Positions 10,179 to 20,137 of a stretch of 64,000 nt of DNA are shown here, piece after piece. The notes beneath the pieces were generated by a model. That model made no database searches, was not told where the DNA came from, and saw only the letters and a program-made list of their open reading frames with translations. The position numbers were made by a program, and so were the translations under genes. The stretch comes from Spirochaetia bacterium (GTDB lineage: Bacteria > Spirochaetota > Spirochaetia > DSM-2461), in the NCBI GenBank assembly GCA_963666985.2, contig CAXXIA010000002.1, positions 2,784,001 through 2,848,000 on the forward strand, given 5' to 3'. The stretch's first letter is position 1; the number at the start of each line of letters is the position of its first letter.

Positions 10179-10601
10179 GACACAATCCTCTCAAGTAATT
10201 GTGCCTCCGGTAAAGCCGGGGTGGTTCACTGCCGAAAGAGTCCCCCATCTTGAGTATCGATACAACGAGCATTGTGTATTCTTATCGTGCGTACAGATAC
10301 TAATTCATCTTCTCCCTTTTTTGGTAGCCGTGCCCGAAAGACGGTCCGCTCCTGAGCAATTAATTGTCAAATTTGAAGTTTTGCACAAATCGCCCATGAA
10401 ATTTGTATTCGTTTTAATGGAAGTTCTCTGGTGTTTCGATTTGCCGCGGATGGCCCGGACCGCTGCTCCCGATGCTTCAAGAAAGAGTCCCCTTAAAAAA
10501 ATACTATATCCGCAGAGGGTGAAATCCTCGGCGATGAATGGATTTAAACGGCAATGCCGATTTTCATGTACTACAGTATAACTATGAGGGAAGGAGGTTT
10601 T

Positions 10602-10850
10602 ATGACTTATCAGTTGGTTGCCGTTAAGGTAGGGCAGCGGGAAGACTCCGCGGCGCAGGTTCAATCGATACTGACTGAATTCGGGTGCGGCATTAAAATC
10701 CGTCTTGGGCTTCACGATTTGCCGGAAGGAATTTGTTCCCCTTCCGGACTTATCATTCTTCAGGTTTCGGCGGCTGAAAACGAAGTTAATGGTTTTGTTG
10801 AAAAGCTGAATAGACTGAAGGACGTTACGGCCAAATCCCTTGTAATTTAG
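10602..10850 (+). CDS. Small ACT-like protein (TM1266/iron-only hydrogenase regulator-like)
   Basis: AAGGAGG RBS; 82 aa; VQSILTEFGCGIKIRLGLH motif, beta-alpha-beta-beta-alpha-beta pattern. Confidence 0.7.
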   Translation: MTYQLVAVKVGQREDSAAQVQSILTEFGCGIKIRLGLHDLPEGICSPSGLIILQVSAAENEVNGFVEKLNRLKDVTAKSLVI

Positions 10851-10876
10851 GGAACCGCCATTCTTCGTCCGGTTTT

Positions 10877-11587
10877 ATGAGCATAATAGGAATCTCCTCA
10901 ATGAAAGACGAAATCTTTCAATATCTGGCCGTTTGTCCTATCTTCCACAACGTTTCGTCGGAACGGCTTGCTGAAATTCTCAATAATTCCGAATGCCGCC
11001 TGGAAAAATATTCCGCCGGTACAATGATACGGCAGCAGGGTGATTTATACGAAAGACTTCTCCTTTTAATTGAAGGACGACTTGAGGCGCGATTCGAATC
11101 TACAACCGGAAAAAGCATGATTGTTGAGCACTTTGAAGCTCCTACGATGGTCGCCTCAGCTGTGCTGATGTGTTCTGAACCTGTTCTCCCTGTTACATTA
11201 TCGGCCGAAGACGAAGTTGTACTGGTAACCATCGGCTATGATGCCATGTTGAGTCTTCTGGCCGATGAGCCGAAGATTCTCAAGGCTTTTCTTGCCGATG
11301 CGGGGGATAAGATTCGTTTTCTTGCGGAGAAGATCCGTCTGCTCCGCTTCCGATCTCTGAGAGTGAAAATCGCTGAACATCTTTTGGCTCTTTCCGCTCA
11401 GCAGGGGACCGAAGGTCCCCGTTGGAGATACGGACGGGAGCAGATGGCCGATTTGCTTGGAGCGGCCCGGCCGTCATTATCAAGAGAGCTGTCGAAAATG
11501 GCGGATGAAGGTTTGATTGAAATGTCGGACCGATCGATGGTGCTTTTGAATATTGAAGCTTTGCGGGAAATTGTAAATGAAGACTGA
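10877..11587 (+). CDS. hcpR: Crp/Fnr family regulator (HcpR-like)
   Basis: cNMP-binding domain; HTH REQMADLLGAARPSLSRELSKM; adjacent to hcp. Confidence 0.85.
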   Translation: MSIIGISSMKDEIFQYLAVCPIFHNVSSERLAEILNNSECRLEKYSAGTMIRQQGDLYERLLLLIEGRLEARFESTTGKSMIVEHFEAPTMVASAVLMCSEPVLPVTLSAEDEVVLVTIGYDAMLSLLADEPKILKAFLADAGDKIRFLAEKIRLLRFRSLRVKIAEHLLALSAQQGTEGPRWRYGREQMADLLGAARPSLSRELSKMADEGLIEMSDRSMVLLNIEALREIVNED

Positions 11588-11608
11588 CCTCTATTACGAG
11601 GAGGTCAG
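11584..11608. terminator. Hairpin between convergent hcpR and hcp
   Basis: CTGACCTC-N9-GAGGTCAG. Confidence 0.55.
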
Positions 11609-11631
11609 CTTCATCAAAGATTTTAAAAGAA

Positions 11632-13284
11632 TCAGGCGCTCATGAATGCTGTTATATCTTCATCAGCGCTTTCGCCGATACCGGCGATACCGAAGTTTTC
11701 TACAAGAATTTTTGCGACATTAGGAGACAGGAACGCCGGAAGAGTGGGGCCGAGATGAATTTTTTTCACCCCCAAGGAAAGAAGTGCCAGAAGAACGATG
11801 ACGGCTTTTTGCTCATACCAGGCAATGTTGTAGCTGATGGGCAGTTCATTGATATCTTCGAGACCGAAAACTTCCTTCAGTTTGAGTGCCGTTACCGCCA
11901 GGGAGTAACTGTCGTTGCATTGGCCGGCGTCAAGAACCCGAGGAATGCCTCCGATATCACCAAGGGGAAGCTTATTGTACCGGTATTTTGCACAGCCTGC
12001 CGTGAGTATAACCGTATCTTCCGGGAGTTTTTTTGCGAAATCGGTGTAATATTCACGGCTCTTCATCCTGCCGTCGCATCCCGCCATAACGAAAAAGCGC
12101 TTTATCGCACCGCTTTTAACCGCTTCAACCACTTTGTCCGCCAGAGCCAGAACCTGGGCGTGAGCAAAGCCGCCGGTAATACTTCCGGTTTCCAGTCCGG
12201 TGGGCGCCGGGCAGTTTTTAGCTGTCTTTATTAAAACGGAGAAGTCTTTTGGAGAATCACCGATACGATCGGGGATATGAGTTACACCCGGAAAGCCGGC
12301 GGCTCCGGTCGTAAAGACTCTATTTTTATATGATTCGGCCGGGGGAACCAGGCAGTTTGTGGTCAGCAATACCGGACCGTTAAAGGATTCGAATTCCTTT
12401 TTCTGATGCCACCAGGATGAGCCGTAATTGCCTTTCAGGTGAGGATAAGCCTTTAATACCGGATAATAATGAGCGGGCAGCATCTCGCTGTGAGTATAAA
12501 CATCGATACCGGAATCCTTGGTCTGTTCCAGAAGCTCTTTCAGGTCTCGCAGATCATGACCGCTTATGAGAATCCCGGGCCTTTTTCCTACGTCCATACT
12601 TACCTTGGTAATCTCCGGATTTCCGTATGCTTCGGTATTCGCCGAGTCCAATAAGGCCATTGCGGTTACGCCTTTTTCTCCCGTTTTAAGAGTGAGTGCC
12701 ACCAGATCGTTTACATTGAGGTTGTCATTCAGTGTGGCGGCCAGGGCTTGTCTGGTGAATGCATAGACGTTCTCATCTTCTTTACCGAGTTTTTCCGCAT
12801 GTTCGATATAAGCCGCCAGTCCTTTCAGTCCGATGGTGATAAGTGATCTCAAACTGCGTATGTCTTCATTCTCAGTCGCAAGAACCCCCACCAAGGCCGC
12901 TTTCTGGGGATACTCGGTATTGGAAACGGGGCTCCAGGAAGCGGCATCGGGAACCTCCGTATCCTTCCAGCCGTTCTTCCTTGCGGCTTCAAGAAGTTCA
13001 TCACGCAGCCTTAGGGCTTTGGAAATCGAAGCGTTGAAAACATTCGAATCGAAATTGGCATTTGTAATCGTGGTAAACAGACCATACATGATAAACCGGT
13101 TGGTTTCCGCCGGAATTGGAAGACCTTGGGCCGCGGCGATTTCGGCGGCCCATGAAAGTCCTTTCAGCGTGTAGATGAGTAAATCCTGCTCACACGCGAC
13201 GGAATCGGTTTTCCCGCAGACTCCTTTGATCGTGCAGCCGGTTCCCCCGGCGGCTTCCTGGCATTGAAAACAAAACATGGACAT
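11632..13284 (-). CDS. hcp: Hybrid cluster protein / hydroxylamine reductase
   Basis: MFCFQCQE...[43 protein letters not shown]. Confidence 0.98.
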   Translation of the reverse strand: MSMFCFQCQEAAGGTGCTIKGVCGKTDSVACEQDLLIYTLKGLSWAAEIAAAQGLPIPAETNRFIMYGLFTTITNANFDSNVFNASISKALRLRDELLEAARKNGWKDTEVPDAASWSPVSNTEYPQKAALVGVLATENEDIRSLRSLITIGLKGLAAYIEHAEKLGKEDENVYAFTRQALAATLNDNLNVNDLVALTLKTGEKGVTAMALLDSANTEAYGNPEITKVSMDVGKRPGILISGHDLRDLKELLEQTKDSGIDVYTHSEMLPAHYYPVLKAYPHLKGNYGSSWWHQKKEFESFNGPVLLTTNCLVPPAESYKNRVFTTGAAGFPGVTHIPDRIGDSPKDFSVLIKTAKNCPAPTGLETGSITGGFAHAQVLALADKVVEAVKSGAIKRFFVMAGCDGRMKSREYYTDFAKKLPEDTVILTAGCAKYRYNKLPLGDIGGIPRVLDAGQCNDSYSLAVTALKLKEVFGLEDINELPISYNIAWYEQKAVIVLLALLSLGVKKIHLGPTLPAFLSPNVAKILVENFGIAGIGESADEDITAFMSA

Positions 13285-13338
13285 GGCATACCTCGAATAA
13301 TAAATTTGGCGATATCGTAGGTCTTTGCTGTGCTTCGG

Positions 13339-13358
13339 TCGGTAACCGAGGTTACCGA
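13339..13358. promoter_or_regulatory. Putative HcpR binding site
   Basis: TCGGTAAC-CGAG-GTTACCGA palindrome upstream of hcp; minus-strand -10 TACGAT at 13319-13314. Confidence 0.8.
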
Positions 13359-13477
13359 TCGGCCGTTTTGTTAAAAAAAATCAGGCGAATCGATCTTCCT
13401 TGAAAAAAGGATGTCGAATACCGAATCCTTAATAAACAGAGATTCGTCCATTTCGGGAGGAGAAAGCAACTATAACC

Positions 13478-14251
13478 ATGGATTTTTATCAGACAATCGC
13501 ATCGGAGTATGAGATTCTTTTTCCTTCCTCCCCGGAAAAAGTCGCTTTTATTGAGGATCTTTTAGGAAGCCGGGAGAATCTTGAAATTCTTGATATCGGC
13601 TGCGCCAGCGGTGAGCTTGAACGTCAGCTGGCCGCCCCGCGCCGGAAGCTGACCGGGATTGATTCGGATGCGGCGATGATTCGTGAAGCGATTCATGCCT
13701 TACCAAATCCGATGGAAGAGCGGATACGCTTTATTCGGTCGGACATGCTCCATTATTTGATTTCGTGTGGAGAAAACAGCTTCGATATCGTTCTTTGTAT
13801 GGGCAATACCGTTGCATATCTCGACGGTGAAGCCGAACTGGATCAATTTCTGCTTTCCATCAATAGGATTCTGAAGCCCGAAGGGACTCTGGCCGTTCAA
13901 ATAATGAATTATAGTAATCCGTCGATTAAACCGGGATTCGAATTCCCGATTCTTGAATCGAATCGTTTTGTATTGAAACGGAGTTACAGCCGATTGTCTC
14001 CTCAATCGTCGGGAATCGGATTCGTTACGGAAGTCTTCGATAAATCGACGCGGGAATCCCGAGCTGAACATCATCGGCATTTTCCATTTTTAAGTTCGAC
14101 CATTAAACGGGCGGCATTCCGTGCCGGATTTTCCCAAGCGGATACATTCGGCGGATACGATAAAACGGCGGCGGGCAAGGCGGATTTTTTTCATTTGGTA
14201 GTGATGAAAAAGGACTTGGAATCAATTGGTCCAGCAAAGCGTTTTCAATAA
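13478..14251 (+). CDS. Class I SAM-dependent methyltransferase
   Basis: ILDIGCASG, GIDSD, FDIVLCMGN, ILKPEG. Confidence 0.9.
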   Translation: MDFYQTIASEYEILFPSSPEKVAFIEDLLGSRENLEILDIGCASGELERQLAAPRRKLTGIDSDAAMIREAIHALPNPMEERIRFIRSDMLHYLISCGENSFDIVLCMGNTVAYLDGEAELDQFLLSINRILKPEGTLAVQIMNYSNPSIKPGFEFPILESNRFVLKRSYSRLSPQSSGIGFVTEVFDKSTRESRAEHHRHFPFLSSTIKRAAFRAGFSQADTFGGYDKTAAGKADFFHLVVMKKDLESIGPAKRFQ

Positions 14252-14360
14252 CATCTGAATGCTTGATGGCCTTGTTTCTGTTGTCTGAGATTCTTCAAGT
14301 CATTCTTTTTTCGGTTCTCAGTACCGGCGGATCTGAAATTTCCCAGATCTTCCGAACTTT

Positions 14361-14957
14361 TTACATACGCCAATTCTTAATCCAGCATTCCGGAAGCTTC
14401 TTATGTTCAACCCTGATTGGCGGCGGGTAGACTGCGCCGTAAAGATTTAATATCACATCTTCAATAATTTCCGGCTCCAGGGGTTCGTTGATAACGATAT
14501 CCGCCCCCGGATAACCGGTAACGGGTTTCGTGGGAACTTGTTCCAGACGTCGGATTTCATCCATGCCTTCAATGATTCGGCCGAACACAGGATAGATGCC
14601 TTGGTGCTCCGGACAGGCCCTCAAGGTTATAAAGAACTCACATCCCGATAGCCCCAAATCGCCATATCCTCCCATGCAGAGATAGCCCGAATCTGACGGA
14701 AGAGGTTCTATCTCCGGATGAAGGGTAAATTCCGGAGGAATTAAATACTGTGCTTCTTTTTTTCCGAATGCTTGATAACTTAAGTCGATCCAATGGCCGG
14801 GAACAATCCTCTCAATGGCGTGGTTTTTATAGAATCCCTTTAACGCGGCAGAAACAAAACTGTTGAATGTATTGGGAGCCGCTTCCGGAAAAAGTTCCGC
14901 TGTGATATTCCTGCCGTTTTTCATTTTAATGAGTGCTTGAGGAGTGTTGTTTCCCAT
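14361..14957 (-). CDS. Cyclophilin-type peptidyl-prolyl isomerase (divergent)
   Basis: ELFPEAAPNTFNSF, EFFITL, YPVFGRIIEGMD. Confidence 0.85.
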   Translation of the reverse strand: MGNNTPQALIKMKNGRNITAELFPEAAPNTFNSFVSAALKGFYKNHAIERIVPGHWIDLSYQAFGKKEAQYLIPPEFTLHPEIEPLPSDSGYLCMGGYGDLGLSGCEFFITLRACPEHQGIYPVFGRIIEGMDEIRRLEQVPTKPVTGYPGADIVINEPLEPEIIEDVILNLYGAVYPPPIRVEHKKLPECWIKNWRM

Positions 14958-14962
14958 TGAGA

Positions 14963-15427
14963 TTAGTTCCTTTCTTTTGCCAATTGAGTCAGGAAGCCGT
15001 CAAGCTTGCCGGCGAAAGCTTGTCTGTCACGGGTACCGAAGGCATTGGGTCCTCCTCCCGCCAACCCGGCGTCCCTGAGAGACGACATCATATCCCTTAT
15101 CGCGAGTTTCTCTTTGATTGTTCCGATTTCATACATTTCTCCCCGGGGATTTAAGGCATAGCCACCCTTATCGAGGACATCTGCGGCCAATGGAATATCG
15201 GCTGTGATAACCAAGTCTCCGGTATTCACACGCCGAATGATTTCCAAATCGGCAACATCAAAACCGGAGTCAACAAGGATAAAGTCAAGATTCTTCGATT
15301 CGGGTACCTTCATTGGCCGGTTCGCCACAAAGGTCATCCGACAGCCGGTTCGCTGAGCCGCTCGGAAGAGGATCTCTTTTATTGATACGGGCGTGGCATC
15401 CGCATCAACCCAAATGTGAAAAGCCAA
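14963..15427 (-). CDS. yaiI: YaiI/YqxD (UPF0178) family protein
   Basis: IWVDADATPV, GDLVITADIPLA, LNPRGE motifs. Confidence 0.92.
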   Translation of the reverse strand: MAFHIWVDADATPVSIKEILFRAAQRTGCRMTFVANRPMKVPESKNLDFILVDSGFDVADLEIIRRVNTGDLVITADIPLAADVLDKGGYALNPRGEMYEIGTIKEKLAIRDMMSSLRDAGLAGGGPNAFGTRDRQAFAGKLDGFLTQLAKERN

Positions 15428-15481
15428 GGTTACCCCTTTCGGAATAGTGTAACTCGAACGGCATAATCGGCGTACCCTAAT

Positions 15482-16720
15482 CTATGCGCCGACGAGAAAT
15501 CCGTATCCCATTCCCGCAATCGTGGAGAGAATAACAACAAGGCCGACATAGATGAACGTTTTCTTCCAGCCGAGTTCGCCCGAAATAACCAGTATCGACG
15601 GAAGCGAAAGGGAAGGTCCGGCAAGAAGAAGCGCCAAAGCCGGACCGTTCCCCATCCCGGCTCCGAGAAGTCCCTGCATGATGGGGACTTCCGTGAGAGT
15701 GGCGAAATACATCAATGCCCCTGCGACGGAGGCTACCAGATTCGCTCCCGGTGAATTCCCGCCCACCAGTCCGGCAATCCATCGTTCGGGGATGAGCGCC
15801 GTATGACCCGGCCTGCCGAGAAGAAATCCCGCGACCATAACCCCTCCGAACAGGAGCGGGAGAATCTGAATCGCGAAATCGCGGGTTGCCCGAACCCAGT
15901 CGCCCAGTTCCGAACGCTTGAACCAGCGGATAAGCGCATAAAGAAGTACAAGAGCGAATCCTCCGGTGATAAAGTACTTTGCTTTGTAAATTGCATCCCA
16001 TCCGCCGCCGGCTCCCTGGGATGGCGCCCAGTTGATGAAAACCAGGATACCGATCATACCGGCCATGTAGATCATCATTTTACCAAGTCCGCGTTCGGGA
16101 GTTTCTACGGACTGAAACATCGCGGCGTTGGTGACTCGCGCTTTGTCCTCTTTTCGGAAAATCAGATGCATGAGAACGCCGATGACGATGGAGAAGAGAA
16201 TCGCGCCGATGGCCCTGGCAATACCAAGCCGGATACCCAGCACTTTTGCCGTTAGGACGATCGCCAGGATATTAATCGCGGGTCCGGAATAGAGAAAAGA
16301 AACCGCCGGTCCGATACCGGCTCCCTTTTTGTAAATCCCTTTGAAGATGGGAAGTACCGTGCAGGAGCAGACGGCAAGGATTGTTCCCGAGACCGATGCG
16401 ACGCCGTAGGCGACAATCTTTTTTGCCTCAGGCCCTAAGTATCGGATAACCGATTGCTGGTTGAGGAAAATCATGATGGCCCCGGCAATGAAAAAAGCCG
16501 GTACCAGGCAGAGCAGAACGTGCTGCCGCGCATACTCCGAGAGCATCAGGAAGGATTCCTGCACCGCCGCCGCGACTCTGTCCGAGGAGAAAGGGACGAA
16601 GTACGCGAAGAGGAAGATCGCGGCAAGCAGCAGCAACAGCCGATTTTTCTTCTCCGATAGGAATCGGCCGATACCCATAGAGAGGCCAGATTTGCCGCTT
16701 TCTTCTTTTTTCTCAGCCAT
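15482..16720 (-). CDS. ArsP/DUF318 family permease
   Basis: HVLLCLVPAFFIAG, LAVCSCTVLP, GPAIN, YFATLTEVP; multi-TM. Confidence 0.9.
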   Translation of the reverse strand: MAEKKEESGKSGLSMGIGRFLSEKKNRLLLLLAAIFLFAYFVPFSSDRVAAAVQESFLMLSEYARQHVLLCLVPAFFIAGAIMIFLNQQSVIRYLGPEAKKIVAYGVASVSGTILAVCSCTVLPIFKGIYKKGAGIGPAVSFLYSGPAINILAIVLTAKVLGIRLGIARAIGAILFSIVIGVLMHLIFRKEDKARVTNAAMFQSVETPERGLGKMMIYMAGMIGILVFINWAPSQGAGGGWDAIYKAKYFITGGFALVLLYALIRWFKRSELGDWVRATRDFAIQILPLLFGGVMVAGFLLGRPGHTALIPERWIAGLVGGNSPGANLVASVAGALMYFATLTEVPIMQGLLGAGMGNGPALALLLAGPSLSLPSILVISGELGWKKTFIYVGLVVILSTIAGMGYGFLVGA

Positions 16721-16756
16721 CGATGAAACCTTCGGCAAATGCGTATTCCGCCATAA

Positions 16757-16993
16757 TCAGGCCTGCTTCAGGATCTCGATGATTTCATCGACACTGAGCA
16801 CTTTTCCCGCTTTTTTCACCGTACCGTCGATGGCAAGAGCCGGTGTAACCATCACGCCCATGTCCGTAATGGCATCGATGTCCGCTATTTTCACGACTTG
16901 TGCATTAAGTCCGGCCTTTGTAACGGCCGCTTTCGCATTGGCTTCGAGGGTTTGGCACTTAGGGCAGCCCATTCCGAGAATCTGAATCGTCAT
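16757..16993 (-). CDS. Small thioredoxin-like redox protein (MTH895 family)
   Basis: ILGMGCPKC, GVMVTPALAIDG. Confidence 0.92.
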   Translation of the reverse strand: MTIQILGMGCPKCQTLEANAKAAVTKAGLNAQVVKIADIDAITDMGVMVTPALAIDGTVKKAGKVLSVDEIIEILKQA

Positions 16994-17059
16994 GTTTATC
17001 TCCTTATATTTATCTATTGTGATTGATTAAGGTACCGCGGTTTTAATTGCCGCAAGGCA

Positions 17060-17392
17060 TTATCCTGTAATCGAAGAAAGAACCGCCGAGCGCGATGCAT
17101 GCTGCATTCGAAGGACGTTTTCGGCACCCGAGACCATCTGTCCCAGACACTTGCAGGCAAGTGAGTAATAGACAATCGTTCCGTCTTTTCTATCCGTAAG
17201 AATACCGGCTTCTTTCAGTATTGAGAGATGTCGGGATACGGTGGGAGCACTGACGCCGATCTTCTTGCTTAATTCGCAGACGCATTGAGGTCCGGCCGCA
17301 AGCGTTTCGACGATAAAAACCCTCGATGGATGACCGAGGGCTTTAAAGATCTTTGAAACTGCTTCGCTTCGCTCTTTTTCCGATCGATTCAT
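17060..17392 (-). CDS. ArsR/SmtB family regulator
   Basis: FKALGHPSR, CVCEL, VSRHLSILK. Confidence 0.93.
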   Translation of the reverse strand: MNRSEKERSEAVSKIFKALGHPSRVFIVETLAAGPQCVCELSKKIGVSAPTVSRHLSILKEAGILTDRKDGTIVYYSLACKCLGQMVSGAENVLRMQHASRSAVLSSITG

Positions 17393-17398
17393 AGGTAA

Positions 17399-17432
17399 TT
17401 AGCAAAATAGCTAAATTATATATTTCTGTCAA
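17399..17432 (-). promoter_or_regulatory. arsR promoter with overlapping operator
   Basis: Minus strand TTGACA-17 bp-TATTTT; TTAGC-N6-GCTAA palindrome (17399-17414) overlaps the -10. Confidence 0.6.
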
Positions 17433-17575
17433 TAATGCATTTTCACTCTCCGTGGTGAGGCAATTTATCGGAGAACCGGAACCTCTCGGAAATCGCTTAT
17501 ATCAGGACCTCCCTTCAATAATCGACGCTTTTAGAAGCGGCCTCCGGCGTTATTGTTTTCATCTCGGAGTCGGTA

Positions 17576-18412
17576 TTACGCACCCAAATATGGAAAATTG
17601 GAACCTCGAACGAGCTGTTTTTCTTTTACAACGGCACGGAGAGCCGCGAGCTGTTCCGGTGAGTCGGCATCGTAGAGATCGAAAAGCATTCGATCGGCAT
17701 AATCCTCTATTACGGTCCTTTTCCTCTTCGTATCTTTAATGATTCGGCCCCATCGTACCTTCATTATGCTGCCGACGGTCCGCATGTAGGGGAGTTTGCC
17801 GAGCCGGGCAAACTGGAAGGGAAACAGTCCTCCTCCATGTGACAAAATAACTTTGAGCGACGGATATCTCCGGAATACATCTTCCGCCAGCCATCGTGAT
17901 ACAAGGCGGGCAACTTCCTGCGGATATTCGATGAAGTCGGAGAATGCGCTTTCCCAAGTATTCCCGTTCAAAGGTGTTGAGGCGGGATGGATGAAAATCG
18001 GTAATTCGGTTTTCTCGATTGCCGTGAATATTTCTTCATGATCCGGCGCCGAGGGATATACTCCACCGACATTGGTGTATAAGGTGAAGCCGGATATACC
18101 GTGTTTTTTACAGCGGTTGATTTCACTCAAGCATCCGAAAACATTGGGGAACGGAATAACTGCGAATCCTTCAAAACGCTGTGGGTATTTTTCGACAATC
18201 GTCAAGAGTTCTTCATTCATCGCGCGGCAAAGTCCCGTGTACTTTTTCCCCGACTGAAAAACCTCATTATAATCAGAAAGGCTTAAACAGGCCGCTTCAA
18301 TCCCGTTCTCGTCCATGTATTGAAGACTCGATTCGATACTCCATTCCGGCAGATCCGCGACATAGTTCTTAAGAATCTCCGGAATGAAATGGTGGTGATA
18401 ATCTTTGATCAT
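17576..18412 (-). CDS. Amidohydrolase_2 family (ACMSD/aromatic acid decarboxylase-like), paralog 2
   Basis: DYHHH, FIHP, SHGGG; start overlaps the upstream stop (TGATG). Confidence 0.85.
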   Translation of the reverse strand: MIKDYHHHFIPEILKNYVADLPEWSIESSLQYMDENGIEAACLSLSDYNEVFQSGKKYTGLCRAMNEELLTIVEKYPQRFEGFAVIPFPNVFGCLSEINRCKKHGISGFTLYTNVGGVYPSAPDHEEIFTAIEKTELPIFIHPASTPLNGNTWESAFSDFIEYPQEVARLVSRWLAEDVFRRYPSLKVILSHGGGLFPFQFARLGKLPYMRTVGSIMKVRWGRIIKDTKRKRTVIEDYADRMLFDLYDADSPEQLAALRAVVKEKQLVRGSNFPYLGA

Positions 18413-19368
18413 CAGACTTCCTCCTGTACCCATGTTTTTTCCATCACATTCTGTCCGGCCATAATTTGAATTCGTTCGCTGTCGTTGAAGTTCTCAGTGG
18501 ACTTCAACTCTTTAATCCCCATGGAAACTTCGAATGAGAGAGCGTATGGGTAATCGGACCCGAAAACAATCTGCTCGGCACCGCAAAAAGACTTAAGACC
18601 ATTCATAATTGAAGATCCCCGCTGTGCCGTATCGAAGAAATTCCGGCGTAAAAGATTGAGTCGAGCTTCGAACGCGTCGGGATTCGGCTGTTTCCCTTCC
18701 GATCGAAAAGATTCGTTAACGATTCGACGAGCCATAACGGGTACTCCGCCTCCGCCATGACTGAAGATGTAACGAATGTTTGGATATCGCTCCATATAGC
18801 CGTTGATCAGCAGATTGTATGCACACCGAGTCGTTTCAAGAACCCGTTCAAAAAAAGGCCCGACGCTGAGATGAACACCTTTTTCGAATCGGGTATCTTC
18901 GGGATGAACGAAAACAACGGCGTTCCGCTTATTCATTTCTCGAAAGAAGTCGTCATGACCTTTTTCTCCGAAGTAGTGACCGTCGGCGCTGGTCATAACG
19001 CAGATACCGTCAAACCCGAGTTCATCCAGGGCATATTCCACCTCGGCCGCGCTTTCGTTCTTTGCCGGATAAGGCACGGAAGCCAGCGCACCATAACGAT
19101 CGGGATACGCATCTTTGCATTCTTTAAGGTATCGATTGTAGATTCTGGCGATTCCGGCGGCTGTTTTGTCGTCGTTCACATAAACGCCGGGAAGCGAATT
19201 CGACAGGTTCGCTTTATCGATTCCCAGCTTGTCCATTACCTTCAGATTCTTAACCGGATCGAACGATTTGAACTTGATGCCGGCATTGCCTTCGATTCCG
19301 TGTTTTTTCATCTCGGCGACGTATTCCGGAGGCGTCGCATGATAATGAAAATCAACAATTCTTCCCAT
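18412..19368 (-). CDS. Amidohydrolase_2 family (ACMSD/aromatic acid decarboxylase-like), paralog 1
   Basis: DFHYH, VFVHP, SHGGG, FGSDYPY; GGAGG RBS before ATG 19368. Confidence 0.88.
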   Translation of the reverse strand: MGRIVDFHYHATPPEYVAEMKKHGIEGNAGIKFKSFDPVKNLKVMDKLGIDKANLSNSLPGVYVNDDKTAAGIARIYNRYLKECKDAYPDRYGALASVPYPAKNESAAEVEYALDELGFDGICVMTSADGHYFGEKGHDDFFREMNKRNAVVFVHPEDTRFEKGVHLSVGPFFERVLETTRCAYNLLINGYMERYPNIRYIFSHGGGGVPVMARRIVNESFRSEGKQPNPDAFEARLNLLRRNFFDTAQRGSSIMNGLKSFCGAEQIVFGSDYPYALSFEVSMGIKELKSTENFNDSERIQIMAGQNVMEKTWVQEEV

Positions 19369-19384
19369 TATGTCCTCCAATTTT

Positions 19385-19427
19385 TTTATGTAAGATATGA
19401 ACCTGAATAATTCATATAGTACATAAA
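19385..19427. promoter_or_regulatory. Putative TetR operator
   Basis: TTTATGTA-AG-ATATGAA-N9-TTCATAT-AG-TACATAAA imperfect palindrome between divergent genes. Confidence 0.6.
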
Positions 19428-19498
19428 TAACAGTTCCGGGAGTATCTGTCAATGATTATGTATCAAAGATTGCTCTGTGGTTCATATCTCGGTACAAT

Positions 19499-20137
19499 GT
19501 GTTCATGAACGGATTCGAAAGGCGAGCGGAACTTAAGAAGGACTCCATCCGGACGGCGGCAGCAAAACTCTTTTCAAAACACGGTGTGAGCAAGGTCAGC
19601 GTCCGGGAAATCGCTCATACCGCGGGAGTTTCTCAAGTGAGCGTGTATAACTATTTTGACAATAAAGCCGGTTTGATCCGGGCCGTTGTAGAAGCCATTG
19701 TTTCGGAACGCATCACGGCAACCCGCTCAATCCTCGAAAGCGATCGAATATTCACGGAAAAACTTCGGGAAATCATCATGATGAAATCCGAGGGAGCGGA
19801 ACTGCTGCAGGGTGAATTCATGGAATCACTGCTTCGTCAGTCGCCGGGGGCCGAAGATATTCTTCAAAATGTCTTCGGGAGTCAAATCCGGAATCTCATG
19901 GATGAACTTTTTCGCCAAGGACGAGAATCGGGACACATCGACCCGGCCATCTCTTCCGCGGCTCTGCTTTCTTATGTGGACGTTTTTCATAACGGGACTC
20001 GGGAATGGGCGACAGCATCACAGCCGCCGGATGCTTCGATACTCGGCGAGGTAATTACAATGTTTTTCCGGGGCATGGCGCCGGCTTACATGCAGCCGAT
20101 TGATGAAGATAAAGCGGCAGGGAAGGAATCCAGATGA
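19499..20137 (+). CDS. TetR family regulator
   Basis: LFSKHG...VSVREIAHTAGVSQVSVYNYFDNK. Confidence 0.93.
   Translation: MFMNGFERRAELKKDSIRTAAAKLFSKHGVSKVSVREIAHTAGVSQVSVYNYFDNKAGLIRAVVEAIVSERITATRSILESDRIFTEKLREIIMMKSEGAELLQGEFMESLLRQSPGAEDILQNVFGSQIRNLMDELFRQGRESGHIDPAISSAALLSYVDVFHNGTREWATASQPPDASILGEVITMFFRGMAPAYMQPIDEDKAAGKESR

Larger units (their letters stand above)
8917..10228 (-). mobile_element. IS3-family insertion sequence (IS51/IS629/IS6110-like), ~1312 bp
   Basis: Terminal inverted repeats TGAACCACACCGGGATTCCCGGAGGC (8917) and GCCTCCGGTAAAGCCGGGGTGGTTCA (to 10228); orfA+orfB; TGC flanks both sides (8914-8916; 10230-10232, offset by 1 nt). Confidence 0.95.

Noticed and set aside
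10305..10715. Overlapping ORFs 10153-10581 and 10305-10715; possible riboswitch near 10320
   Set aside because: No motifs or RBS, they overlap the IS or a real gene, and no complete aptamer consensus was found
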